Source: an uncultured Pseudomonadota bacterium
GTDB taxonomy: Bacteria; Oederibacteriota; Muellerivitia; Muellerivitales; Muellerivitaceae
NCBI GenBank assembly: GCA_963843375.1
Contig: CAWJKT010000011.1
Span: forward strand, 384,001-448,000
DNA: 64,000 nucleotides
Reading direction: 5' to 3'
Positions 9,721-19,295 of the stretch are shown piece by piece; position 1 is the first letter of the stretch, and every line of letters starts with the position of its first letter. The position numbers and the translations under genes are program-made. Under the pieces are notes generated by a model. The model was not told where the DNA came from. It ran no database searches and worked only from the letters and a program-made list of their open reading frames with translations.

Positions 9721-10395
9721 TTAATTCGCGGGAGTGGCGGCCGGCGGGGCTTTCTTCATTTTATCCATCATTTTTTTCATCGCTTCCAGGCTATGTTTGT
9801 CCATGCCGGCGATGTCCAGGCTGATATTTACGTCGTTACTTACCATCAGGTTGCCGCTGGCCAGGGTCTTGTTCCAAACCAGCCCGTAATCCCGGCGGTC
9901 AATGGTCGTGGTGGCTGAAAAACCAACGATCTTGGCCACCATTTTTCCATCCTTGCCCATGGGCATGGTATCCGCGCCCAGGTAATTCACATCCAGGGTC
10001 ACGGATTTGGTCACGCCGTGGATCGTCAGATCGCCGACGACTTTATATTTATTGTCGCTATCGCCCTTGCTAACACCGGTGCTCTTAAAGGTAAGAGTGG
10101 GAAATTTTTCAGCGTCGAAAAAATCCGCAGACTGCAGATGGTGATCGCGCATCTCGTTATCTGTGCTGATGCTGGCGGCTTGAATCGTGACCTTAATCTT
10201 TCCGGATTCGGGATTGGCGGGATCGAAGCTAAAGCTTCCGTCGTAATCTTTGAACTCTCCCGGAACCTTGCTAAGGATGTGGGTTACCGAAAACCCGATG
10301 TGGGAATGGGCCTTATCAAATCCATATTCGGTGGCGTTAACAGAAGCAACAGCTAAAAAGGCAAAAGAAGCGAACAACAAAAAATATTTTTTCAT
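9721..10395 (-). CDS. yceI: YceI family polyisoprenoid-binding protein
   Basis: Signal peptide; D.AHS.IGF, RD.HL.S.DFFD..KFP, GDLTIHGVTK and IDRRDYG. Confidence 0.92.
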   Translation of the reverse strand: MKKYFLLFASFAFLAVASVNATEYGFDKAHSHIGFSVTHILSKVPGEFKDYDGSFSFDPANPESGKIKVTIQAASISTDNEMRDHHLQSADFFDAEKFPTLTFKSTGVSKGDSDNKYKVVGDLTIHGVTKSVTLDVNYLGADTMPMGKDGKMVAKIVGFSATTTIDRRDYGLVWNKTLASGNLMVSNDVNISLDIAGMDKHSLEAMKKMMDKMKKAPPAATPAN

Positions 10396-10544
10396 TTTTC
10401 TAAATCCTTTCTTGATTTAAATCCGGCTTGGTTTTATATATACGAATGTGCTTACTAAAAGAAAGTAGGTACCCGAAGGTAACTACCAAGCGACGTTACC
10501 GCTATCCACTGCATCCTTTGGACGTTTATAGCGAAAGGAAAGTT

Positions 10545-10940
10545 ATGATCCGCCATCGCGCCAATAAATCCGGCCCCCCACCGGTGGGATGTCCGTTGGA
10601 GGCCAGTCTCAAATTGTTAGCAGGAGCTTGGACGCCCCAAATTCTATGGTATTTGCGGACAGAAACCCGGCGTTTCGGCGACCTCAAAAGGGACCTGGGG
10701 AATATTTCCGCGAAGGTTTTAACCACCCGGTTAAAAGAATTGGAAAAGAGGGGAGTCGTTACCCGGGAAGTCAAACATACCTCACCTCCGACGGTCGAAT
10801 ACGCCCTGACTGGGTTAGGACATAGACTGAACCCCATCCTGAAAACCATCGCCGAAGTTGGAACCGAAATTGAACGCCACGTGGTTTCCAAGGAAAATTC
10901 CGCCAAACCAGTCAAGGCTGAGGCGCTTTCCCTGGGATAA
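10545..10940 (+). CDS. HxlR family winged-helix regulator
   Basis: CPLE, RRFGDLKR.L..IS.KVL..RLKELE and PPTVEYALT; AAGGA RBS before the ATG at 10545; divergent from yceI. Confidence 0.9.
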   Translation: MIRHRANKSGPPPVGCPLEASLKLLAGAWTPQILWYLRTETRRFGDLKRDLGNISAKVLTTRLKELEKRGVVTREVKHTSPPTVEYALTGLGHRLNPILKTIAEVGTEIERHVVSKENSAKPVKAEALSLG

Positions 10941-10989
10941 CCCCTTGGGGTTTTTCTTTCAAAACCTCATCCGGGTTTTGAAGCCGGAG

Positions 10990-11352
10990 TTAAACCGCCT
11001 GGGCCAGGTAGGTTTTCAAGGATTCCTTGTCTTCATCGGGCATCAGCATCAAGTGAAGACCGACCCCGATTTCATTCATCCAAACAACTTCACCGAATGC
11101 GAACAAGTGCCGAAGGGTTTTGGTGAGTGAAATATCTAGACGGATGATTTCCCCGATTTTCACATCGCTATCCCTGGCGATTTTAATATACATGCCCTCC
11201 AGACTAAGGTCCTTCGCCAGGGCGACCTTACCCCGGAATTTTTCCTCTTCCTTTGGGTTGTCGAGTAAGCGGTATTGGACGGGGAGCCTTACGCGGACAC
11301 GGACATGGGTTCTTTGTTCGAGGTAGGAATCTTGGTCTTTCATTGGCGGCAT
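10990..11352 (-). CDS. Stand-alone PilZ domain protein
   Basis: RxxxR (RTHVR) and DxSxxG (DLSLEG) c-di-GMP motifs; EVVW. Confidence 0.85.
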   Translation of the reverse strand: MPPMKDQDSYLEQRTHVRVRVRLPVQYRLLDNPKEEEKFRGKVALAKDLSLEGMYIKIARDSDVKIGEIIRLDISLTKTLRHLFAFGEVVWMNEIGVGLHLMLMPDEDKESLKTYLAQAV

Positions 11353-11560
11353 CCGTTTTAAAAAGATAATATTTTGGAACCCAGAAAAAACATCAGGAGC
11401 TAATAGGTGTGGAATATTATTTCATGAGAAAGAAGAGAAAAAGTAAAAAATCGGTAAAAAAAATAGTTTGAAACGATTTTATATTTTTTTAGATCATTCC
11501 ATCGCTGAAAATATTTTTATTTTTATCAATCAACCAACTTAGTTTCGCCTCAAAGGCGAT

Positions 11561-12610
11561 TCAGGGTTGGTTTGTCCGATGGGATTCTTCGGGAATAACC
11601 TTCAAGTCGAGCTTGATCGATTTACGGATGACGGATAAGACGGATATAGATCCCAGTGATTCATCGCTCAGGAACCGGTGCAAGTCGTCCATACTTTCAA
11701 CCGGATTTCCCTCGAACTCTACGATGACATCCCTTTCCACTAATCCGGCTCTTTGGGCGGGGCTATTTTCCTCCACCGCCACGATCAACACGCCTTTTTC
11801 GGCCGACAGGCCGAAATGGCGGACGATCTTTCGGGGTATATCGATGTTTTGGCCGCCGATGCCGATGAAGCTCCTGCGGACTTTGCCGTATTTCATGATC
11901 TGCATAGCCACCCTTTTGGCCGTGTCGATGGCGATAGCAAAGCAAAGCCCTTGGGCCGAGGGTATGGTGGCGGTATTCACCCCAACCACTTCCCCGCGGG
12001 AATTGACCAAGGGGCCGCCCGAATTACCGGGATTCAAGGCCGCATCGGTCTGAATAATGTTGTCGATGAGCCGTCCCGATTGAGACCTGAGGGAACGCCC
12101 GAGGGCGGAAACCACGCCCGCCGTCACCGTCGTTTGGAACCCCAGGGGACTTCCGATGGCCACCACCAACTGCCCTGGCCTGAGCGCTGACGAGGATCCC
12201 AGGACGGCTGGCCGGAAACCCGTTGTGTCATCCACGCGGATGACGGCTAGGTCCGAATCCGGGTCCTCGCCGATCAGGCGGCCATGGTGTGACTGGCCGT
12301 CCAGTAAAGTGACCTCAATATCCTGGGCTCCATGTACCACGTGGCTGTTGGTCAAAATAAAACCATCGGGAGTAAAAAAGAATCCCGATCCGCTTCCAGC
12401 TTTATGGAGGGCGCTGTCGGAAGGTCGCCACCGACCCCCCTTCTGAAAAACGTCGATATTTACCACCGAAGGGGACACTTTCTGCGACGCGTAAATAACC
12501 GCGCTGGAATAAGCGTCCAAGAGTCCTTCGTTGTCATAGGGAACCATATCCTGCGGCAGGCTTTGCCGGACCTGAATATTCTCGTTCGATAAAAATTGAG
12601 GATGTTTCAT
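11561..12610 (-). CDS. HtrA/DegS-like serine protease with one PDZ domain
   Basis: LTNSHVV, DLAVI and QTDAALNPGNSGGPL; PDZ motif SPAQRAGL. Confidence 0.93.
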   Translation of the reverse strand: MKHPQFLSNENIQVRQSLPQDMVPYDNEGLLDAYSSAVIYASQKVSPSVVNIDVFQKGGRWRPSDSALHKAGSGSGFFFTPDGFILTNSHVVHGAQDIEVTLLDGQSHHGRLIGEDPDSDLAVIRVDDTTGFRPAVLGSSSALRPGQLVVAIGSPLGFQTTVTAGVVSALGRSLRSQSGRLIDNIIQTDAALNPGNSGGPLVNSRGEVVGVNTATIPSAQGLCFAIAIDTAKRVAMQIMKYGKVRRSFIGIGGQNIDIPRKIVRHFGLSAEKGVLIVAVEENSPAQRAGLVERDVIVEFEGNPVESMDDLHRFLSDESLGSISVLSVIRKSIKLDLKVIPEESHRTNQP

Positions 12611-12681
12611 GGGTTTCTCCTTATTTTCATCACAATAGGAAGAACGAACCCAAAGTCCAATAGGAACAACATGTTCCGGCT

Positions 12682-13539
12682 TTAAGACTTGAACGCCGGG
12701 GCATGATCCTTCAAAAACTGGTCCACGGTATTGGGCTTTTTCTTCGCCACTTTTTCCACCACATCGGTAGTGGCCGCGCCGTGCCCAGACGCGAAAACTT
12801 CACCTAATTTGGCCAAGTCGCCCGCCAGCCAATCGGGCACCCCCATGGAGGTCATGGATTTGACGAGGCCGGCAGAGGGAACATCCACATAATTCACTTT
12901 TTTCCCCGTGACCGCCGAAAGCTTATCCGCCACCTGGGCGTAATTCAACGCCTCACCGCCGGTAATGACATAGGATTGACCTTCATGTCCCGGTTCGGTC
13001 AAAGCCGCCACGGCCACCGTCGCGATATCGCGGGCGTCCACCATGGCGACTTTACCGTCCTTAAAGTTTCCGTAAATGGCGCCTTGAGACTTGACTCCTC
13101 CGGCCTGGTTCAAAAGGTTTTGCATAAAGGAGTGGGGTTGGAGGATTGTCCAGGCGATGCCTGACTTTTTCAGGTATTCCTCTGTCTTGGCATGGTTGCG
13201 GGACAAGGCAATCGGGGAATCAACGCTCACGCCTAAAGCCGAAAGGAGGATCACCTGCTTGACTCCGGACTTTTTCGCAGCGTCGATGACCTTGATTTCC
13301 AGCGCCGATTGGTTGGGGGACGCCGGAGTCAGGAGAAAAAGTTTCTCTACTCCCTTCAAGGCTGCCTCAATGGTTTCGATTTGGTTGATGTCGCCTTGAG
13401 CCGTTTCAAATCCAAGGTTTTTGATATCGGCTTCCTTTTGCGCGTTGCGAACCAAAATCCGCGCCTTGGCCTTCTTTTGCGAGAGTTGCTTGACAACTTC
13501 CTTTCCCACCATTCCCGTGCCGCCGATGACAAGAATCAT
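12682..13539 (-). CDS. NmrA-like/atypical SDR NAD(P)-binding oxidoreductase
   Basis: ILVIGGTGMVG and VDARDIA; AGGAG RBS before the ATG at 13539. Confidence 0.88.
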   Translation of the reverse strand: MILVIGGTGMVGKEVVKQLSQKKAKARILVRNAQKEADIKNLGFETAQGDINQIETIEAALKGVEKLFLLTPASPNQSALEIKVIDAAKKSGVKQVILLSALGVSVDSPIALSRNHAKTEEYLKKSGIAWTILQPHSFMQNLLNQAGGVKSQGAIYGNFKDGKVAMVDARDIATVAVAALTEPGHEGQSYVITGGEALNYAQVADKLSAVTGKKVNYVDVPSAGLVKSMTSMGVPDWLAGDLAKLGEVFASGHGAATTDVVEKVAKKKPNTVDQFLKDHAPAFKS

Positions 13540-13682
13540 GCCCAGCTCCTTTTTGCTTTGGTAAAGACGATTCATCATGGGAAGGATGTGGAACAAGTAT
13601 CAAGGGAGTGTCTGAAATTTTTTAGGAGTTACTGAATGGTAACAGTTGAATCGGGTGGAAAAGCGGAGTACCGTAAGCTCCT

Positions 13683-14429
13683 ATGACCACGCCTTTTCTC
13701 TATATGGTCCTGAGCGTTGTGTTGGTAAGCCTCTTGTCGCTCATCGGTATTTCCCTTTTATCCTTTAGCCACGAGGCTTTTCATAAGATCGTTTTCGGAC
13801 TGGTGGCCTTGGCGGTGGGCGCCCTCTTTGGTGATAGTTTTTTGCACCTTTTGCCCGAGGCTTACAAAGACCCGGCGCGAGCTAACACCGCTTCGTTTTT
13901 CGCGATGGCGGGAATCCTGCTTTTTTTCGTCTTGGAAAATTTCCTGCATTGGCGGCACCAGCACTCGGATGAGCATGAAAAAATCGCGCCCTATGGCTAT
14001 CTGAACATTTTGGCCGACATGACCCATAATTTTATCGACGGCCTAATCATCGGCGCTTCCTACCTGGTTGGAACCAAAATGGGGTTGGCTACCACCTTGG
14101 CGGTGATGCTGCACGAAATCCCCCACGAATTCAGTAATTTCGGGATTTTGGTGAAATCCGGGTTTACCCGTTGGCGGGCCCTCTTCATCAATTTTCTCAC
14201 CGCTCTAACCGCCTTGGCGGGAGGGTTTATCGCCTGGTGGTTGGGCGGTCAAACGGGGGACTTCATCCGCCTTTTGATTCCATTGACCGCCGGAGGTTTT
14301 ATTTACATCGCCGGGTCGGACCTGGTTCCCCAACTCCACAAGGATGTCAAATCCTTGCGAGCGGTAGTTCAATTTTTCGCCATTCTTTGCGGTGCGGGAT
14401 TGATGCTCCTGGTGAAACTCCTGGAATAG
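13683..14429 (+). CDS. ZIP family divalent metal transporter
   Basis: HLLPEA, His-rich loop HWRHQH, D..HNFIDG and HEIPHE. Confidence 0.92.
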   Translation: MTTPFLYMVLSVVLVSLLSLIGISLLSFSHEAFHKIVFGLVALAVGALFGDSFLHLLPEAYKDPARANTASFFAMAGILLFFVLENFLHWRHQHSDEHEKIAPYGYLNILADMTHNFIDGLIIGASYLVGTKMGLATTLAVMLHEIPHEFSNFGILVKSGFTRWRALFINFLTALTALAGGFIAWWLGGQTGDFIRLLIPLTAGGFIYIAGSDLVPQLHKDVKSLRAVVQFFAILCGAGLMLLVKLLE

Positions 14430-14653
14430 TCGCCAGCGGCCGGGTCTCGTCCTTTTTGTTTCACGAAAAAAACTTTGAAATTAGCGTTTTGTTAAGAAGA
14501 TTAAAAAGAATTAAACAAACAGCCCAAAGGCGAAGACAAAAGAACCGCAACGCCACAAAACACAAAGTTAACGTTTTTACTATGGTTCTTTTGGGGTTCC
14601 TCTCATAAAATAACTCGGTTTCTTTCCAAGGTCTTTCGTGGTTTTGTCGCTGT

Positions 14654-14678
14654 GAGGCCTTTGAGGTCTCGTTTTTTT
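14654..14678 (+). terminator. Terminator-like hairpin upstream of coxB
   Basis: GAGGCCT-TTG-AGGTCTC followed by GTTTTTTT. Confidence 0.55.
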
Positions 14679-14740
14679 CAACGCTAACCGCCAGGCCGAC
14701 CGGGTCGGATCCCCGTTTAATTCATTGAAAGGAAATTTTA

Positions 14741-15427
14741 ATGCTCGATACCCTTCCCCAAGCCATCTCTTCTTTCGCCCCCTCGATCGACCAGATGCTT
14801 TACTTGATTTATTACATCACCGGATTTTTCTTCATCGTGATGGAAGGTTACTTGGTTTACTTGGTCGTTCGTTACCGTCATAAGAAAGGAACCGCCGCCA
14901 AATACGAACCCGGCAATACCTGGGCCCAAATTCAATGGATCATTGTTTTCTCGGTCGTTATTCTCGTCCTGGATTTAAGCATCGATATTAAGGGCGGAAA
15001 AACGTGGGCCGAAGTCAAGGAAAGCATGCCCGCCACCGATTTAACCGTCAAGGTTCAGGCCAAGCAATTTGACTGGACGTTCTTTTATCCCGACAAGGAT
15101 GGGAAGTTCGACACGCCTGGCGCCATTTCATCCTACCGCGAACTGCATGTCCCGGTGGGAAAGAAAATCCACGTCATCATGACTTCCCTGGACGTCATCC
15201 ATGATTTTTTTCTTCCTGAAATCCGTTTAAAACAGGATGTCATGCCTCAGCGGGAAATCAACGAATGGTTTGACACGACGCAAACAGGGACTTTCCACAT
15301 TGTTTGCGACGAACTTTGCGGTTTCGGCCATACCCGCATGACCGGAGTTTTACAAGTGGACGACCAGAAAACTTTCGATGATTGGCTGGCCCAAAAAGAT
15401 AAAGAAGAACACGGAGGTCAACAATGA
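14741..15427 (+). CDS. coxB: Heme-copper oxidase subunit II (CuA)
   Basis: Two TM helices; DVIH and CDELCGFGHTRM CuA ligands; no fused cytochrome c. Confidence 0.93.
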   Translation: MLDTLPQAISSFAPSIDQMLYLIYYITGFFFIVMEGYLVYLVVRYRHKKGTAAKYEPGNTWAQIQWIIVFSVVILVLDLSIDIKGGKTWAEVKESMPATDLTVKVQAKQFDWTFFYPDKDGKFDTPGAISSYRELHVPVGKKIHVIMTSLDVIHDFFLPEIRLKQDVMPQREINEWFDTTQTGTFHIVCDELCGFGHTRMTGVLQVDDQKTFDDWLAQKDKEEHGGQQ

Positions 15428-17115
15428 CGCAGGAACACGGCGAACATCACGATAGCCACGAGCACAAACAGAGTTTCTTCAGCCACTACATTTTCTCCAC
15501 CGACCATAAAATGATCGGGAAGCAGTTCCTTTTGCTTTCCATTGTCATGGCTTGTTTTGGCGGATTCATGGCTTACTTGATTCGATGGGAAGTGGCCTAT
15601 CCCAATGTTCCGGCGCCTTTTTTCGGTTTGGTCACGCCGGATAAATTCAACGCCATCATCACCCTACACGGAACCATCATGATCTTCTTCGTGGGAATGC
15701 CCTTCCTCTCGGCCTTTCCCTCGAACTTTTTGATTCCCTTGATGATCGGGGCGAGGGACATGGCTTTTCCCAAATTGAATATGGCTTCCTTCTGGCTGAC
15801 TTTCGCAGGCGCCACCAGCTTGATTTCGTCGCTTTTTGTTCCCGGAGGCCCGGTGGCAGGGGGCTGGGTAGGCTATCCGCCCCTCTCCGCTAGTTCGGAG
15901 TTCACGGGGGTGAAAATCGGCGCGGTCCTTTGGCTTTTGGCCCTCGCTTGCGCCTTTTTCTCCTCGAGCTTGGGTGGCTTGAATTATCTGGTGACCGCCA
16001 TCACCTTGAGGGCGCCCGGAATGACCTATTCCCGTTTCCCCATGACGGTCTGGTTTCTTCTCGCCTCTGCGGTGACCTTCTTCTTTTCAGTTGGTCCCCT
16101 CATCGCGGGAGCTTTTATGCTCATGATGGATAATGTATTTGGAACGGGCTTCTTTCTTCCGGCAAAGGGCGGAGAGCCTATGTTGTGGGAGCATCTATTT
16201 TGGTTTTTTGGCCATCCGGAAGTCTATGTCCTTTTCTTTCCGGCGCTGGGTATGGGGCTGGATATCCTTTCCACTTTCACCCGAAAACCCATTTTCGGCT
16301 ATAAACTCATTCTTTGGAGCACGGTCTCGGCAATTCTCCTGAGCTTCATCGTTTGGGCTCATCATATGTTCATGTCGGGTTTGAACCCGGTATTGGCCAC
16401 ACCTTTCTCCATCACGACCATCCTCATTTCCATCCCTTTCGCCATCATTATTTTTTGCATGTTGGCTACCCTCCGTCATGGCTCCATTCGCTTGGAACTT
16501 CCCATGCTTTGGATGCTGGGATTCCTTTCGACCTTCCTGATCGGGGGATTAACGGGAATCTTCCTGGGTTCGGCCACGGCCGATATTTATTTGCACGGAA
16601 CCTATTTCGTGGTAGCCCATTTCCACTACACACTCTTTCCGTCGGTCTTTTTCGGCGGTTTTTCCGCTGTTTATTATTGGTTCCCGAAAATGTATGGCCG
16701 CAAATTGAACGAGAAGCTGGGGCTTTTGCATTTAGCCCTGACCTTTTTATTTTTCAACGGAACCTTTTGGCCGCTCTTTAGGGTCGGTATGGGCGGGATG
16801 ATCCGCCGTATCGCCGATCCCTCCTTCTATCCCCAGTATCACCAATTTGCCGGTTGGAACATTTTTTCCACCATTTCCGCCCTATGCCTGATCGCTACCC
16901 AAAGCATTTTTCTTTGGAATTTGGTTTTGAGCATGAGGCACGGTCCTCTGGCCGGAAAGAATCCTTATGAGTCCAATACATTGGAATGGCTGGCCGATTC
17001 TCCTCCTCCCCATGGCAATTGGGGGCCCACCCTGCCGGTGGTTACCAGCGGTCCTTATGAATACAGCAAACCCGGAGAAGCCACCGATTGGCATCCCCAG
17101 GCACAAAACATTTAA
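15424..17115 (+). CDS. coxA: Heme-copper oxidase subunit I, A1-type motif, K-channel residues substituted
   Basis: STDHK, HGTIM, DMAFP, WFFGHPEVY, WAHHMF, VVAHFHY and RR pair. Confidence 0.95.
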   Translation: MTQEHGEHHDSHEHKQSFFSHYIFSTDHKMIGKQFLLLSIVMACFGGFMAYLIRWEVAYPNVPAPFFGLVTPDKFNAIITLHGTIMIFFVGMPFLSAFPSNFLIPLMIGARDMAFPKLNMASFWLTFAGATSLISSLFVPGGPVAGGWVGYPPLSASSEFTGVKIGAVLWLLALACAFFSSSLGGLNYLVTAITLRAPGMTYSRFPMTVWFLLASAVTFFFSVGPLIAGAFMLMMDNVFGTGFFLPAKGGEPMLWEHLFWFFGHPEVYVLFFPALGMGLDILSTFTRKPIFGYKLILWSTVSAILLSFIVWAHHMFMSGLNPVLATPFSITTILISIPFAIIIFCMLATLRHGSIRLELPMLWMLGFLSTFLIGGLTGIFLGSATADIYLHGTYFVVAHFHYTLFPSVFFGGFSAVYYWFPKMYGRKLNEKLGLLHLALTFLFFNGTFWPLFRVGMGGMIRRIADPSFYPQYHQFAGWNIFSTISALCLIATQSIFLWNLVLSMRHGPLAGKNPYESNTLEWLADSPPPHGNWGPTLPVVTSGPYEYSKPGEATDWHPQAQNI

Positions 17116-17136
17116 TTTTAACTTAAGGAGAAGACA

Positions 17137-17766
17137 ATGGATAACAGCGCCAACATCTCCATGACTCCCCCGGTCCAAATCCTGGATGAGGGTCCCTGCG
17201 GACATAATTCCGCTCCCGCGGGTTTAACGGCGGGCCGTTTGGGCGTATGGGCTTTGATTTCCTCCGAAATTGTCCTTTTTGCGGGCCTCTTCGGTTCCTT
17301 TATTCTGATGCGCATGATCCATCCCGAATGGGCGGAGGAAGCCCGGCACCTGAATCTCGCTGCCGGTTCACTCAATTCCTTGGTCCTTTTGGTGAGCAAT
17401 TTTTTCATGATGAAGGCCGCTACTTCTGTCAAAGAGAGCCGACCGGATGATGTGAAAAAATTTCTGTTTTTAACCATGTTGATGGGGGTCGTCTTCCTCG
17501 GCATCAAAGCCTATGAGTACACCAATGAATTCGCCCATGGGGAGTTTCCATCCAGCCTGGGTTTCTGGTCCTTCTACTTTCTGATGACGGGCATCCACGC
17601 CACCCACATCATTGGAGGGTTGGTGGCCCTGGGAATCCTTTGGGTTAAGGCCATGAAGGGAACCCTGGGACCGATGCAAGGCCGGGTGGCCCTGACCGGC
17701 ATCTACTGGTCTTTCGTCGAAGTGGTCTGGATTTTCTTGTTTCCCATGCTTTATCTTTTAGCTTAA
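17137..17766 (+). CDS. coxC: Heme-copper oxidase subunit III (first copy)
   Basis: SEIVLFAGLF, EY, FYFLMTGIHATH and YWSFVEVVWIFLF. Confidence 0.9.
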   Translation: MDNSANISMTPPVQILDEGPCGHNSAPAGLTAGRLGVWALISSEIVLFAGLFGSFILMRMIHPEWAEEARHLNLAAGSLNSLVLLVSNFFMMKAATSVKESRPDDVKKFLFLTMLMGVVFLGIKAYEYTNEFAHGEFPSSLGFWSFYFLMTGIHATHIIGGLVALGILWVKAMKGTLGPMQGRVALTGIYWSFVEVVWIFLFPMLYLLA

Positions 17767-17791
17767 TCGGTTTTATCAAGGAGGAATCAAA

Positions 17792-18091
17792 ATGGAATCG
17801 AAATCAACTTCCGGCAACCACATGGCTATCTTTTCGGCCCTGGTGGTATTAGTCCTCTGCGCGGTGGGGATCTTTTTCTTACATTTGCCCATCGTTCTTA
17901 ATAACCTTGCCATTTTCTCCGTTGCGATCTTGATGGCGGGTCTGGTTTTTTTCCAATACATGGATTTGAAATCGGAAGGCAAACTGATCTATTGGATTAT
18001 GGTCATCCCCATGGTCCTTTTCGCCATTCTTTTCGTTCTTTTCATTCCCGACGTCTGCCACTACTCCATCGATTTCCTTAAGGAGCTATAA
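17792..18091 (+). CDS. Oxidase subunit IV-like membrane protein
   Basis: Three hydrophobic segments; LV...YMDLK.E resembles the subunit IV FMHLK.E motif; operon position. Confidence 0.75.
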   Translation: MESKSTSGNHMAIFSALVVLVLCAVGIFFLHLPIVLNNLAIFSVAILMAGLVFFQYMDLKSEGKLIYWIMVIPMVLFAILFVLFIPDVCHYSIDFLKEL

Positions 18092-18092
18092 A

Positions 18093-18695
18093 TTGTTGGT
18101 CCTGGCCCCCGAGCCGAATGTTTCATCCGCCGGGCCCGTCTCCAACCGCCGCATGAGTCCCGCCAAGCTTGGCATCCTTCTGTTTATAGCGGCTGAAATC
18201 ATGTTCTTCAGCGGTTTGATCAGCGCTTTCGTGGTTTTCCGTTTCAGCCCGGTCCAATGGCCGCCCGCGGGACAACCCCGCCTTCCATTGGAAGTAACCG
18301 CCGTGAATACCCTTATCCTGCTTTTAAGCGGGTTCACTTTTTTCATCACCTTCCGAGCGTTGAGAGCTTCCCAAGAAGACAAATTCAAAAAACTCCTGAC
18401 CCTGACCGCGGTTCTGGGTTTGGTTTTCCTTCTGGTGCAAGGTTTTGAATGGATCCGTTTGCTTCATTTTGGACTGACCCTTCACAACAGTATCTTTGGG
18501 GGATTTTTTTACTGCCTGGTGGGCGTCCATGCGCTCCACGTGGCGGGCGGTTTGGCGGCCCTTCTTTACGTTCTTTCCCGGGCCTGGAGCGGAGCCTATA
18601 GCGCCCGTAATAGCTTGGGGGTTGAACTCTGCCAGATGTATTGGTTTTTCGTGGTAGGCCTTTGGCCGATCCTTTTCGCGCTGGTTTACCTATAA
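18093..18695 (+). CDS. Heme-copper oxidase subunit III (second copy)
   Basis: AEIMFFSGLISA, NT.ILLLSG, Q..EW, G.HALHV and YWFFV. Confidence 0.88.
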   Translation: MLVLAPEPNVSSAGPVSNRRMSPAKLGILLFIAAEIMFFSGLISAFVVFRFSPVQWPPAGQPRLPLEVTAVNTLILLLSGFTFFITFRALRASQEDKFKKLLTLTAVLGLVFLLVQGFEWIRLLHFGLTLHNSIFGGFFYCLVGVHALHVAGGLAALLYVLSRAWSGAYSARNSLGVELCQMYWFFVVGLWPILFALVYL

Positions 18696-18716
18696 GCCGC
18701 CGATCGGAGGTTTGAA

Positions 18717-18947
18717 ATGACGAAAAAAATTCACATTAAAACCTTCCTCCAAAAGTTTTTCCTGTTCCTATCCCTTGGGTTCATTCCTGCCCTAGCAGAA
18801 GCCTGTCCGAGATGTGTGGACGCCACACCTTACAAAATGGGCATGCAGATCGCGGTCGGAGTGCTTCTGCCGATTCCCTTTATCCTGGCTTACGGCATTT
18901 ATCTTTTCATTCAAAAAGAATCCAAAGCCGACTCTTCGCAGACTTAA
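18717..18947 (+). CDS. Small exported CxxC membrane protein ending the cox operon
   Basis: GGAGG RBS; signal peptide ending AEA, then CPRC, then one TM helix. Confidence 0.7.
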   Translation: MTKKIHIKTFLQKFFLFLSLGFIPALAEACPRCVDATPYKMGMQIAVGVLLPIPFILAYGIYLFIQKESKADSSQT

Positions 18948-19295
18948 GGGTTTTCCCCAAGTTGTGGAATTAAAATTTTTTAATTTTTTACCGTCGCTTC
19001 GGTCTGTTTCCCTCCAAAAAATCCGCGCTGTAAGTTTTTTAAAATTTTAAAAATCATGTTAAAAAGTTGTTAACCCAACGCATAAAGCGGGCCAACCCAT
19101 GGAATGGCGTTTAACCCGATGAAAAGTACCAATGTTAATTTTTTTTAATGCCTAGGTCCATTTCCCAAACGAGAGTTAAAATAGGTTTATTCCAATACCT
19201 TCTTTCATCGTTGACCGGTTTAATCCGGACTTTTTTCGATGAAAGTTTTTAATACATATCTACTTTGACTAGATTTTCTTTACCAGGGGGTGCAC

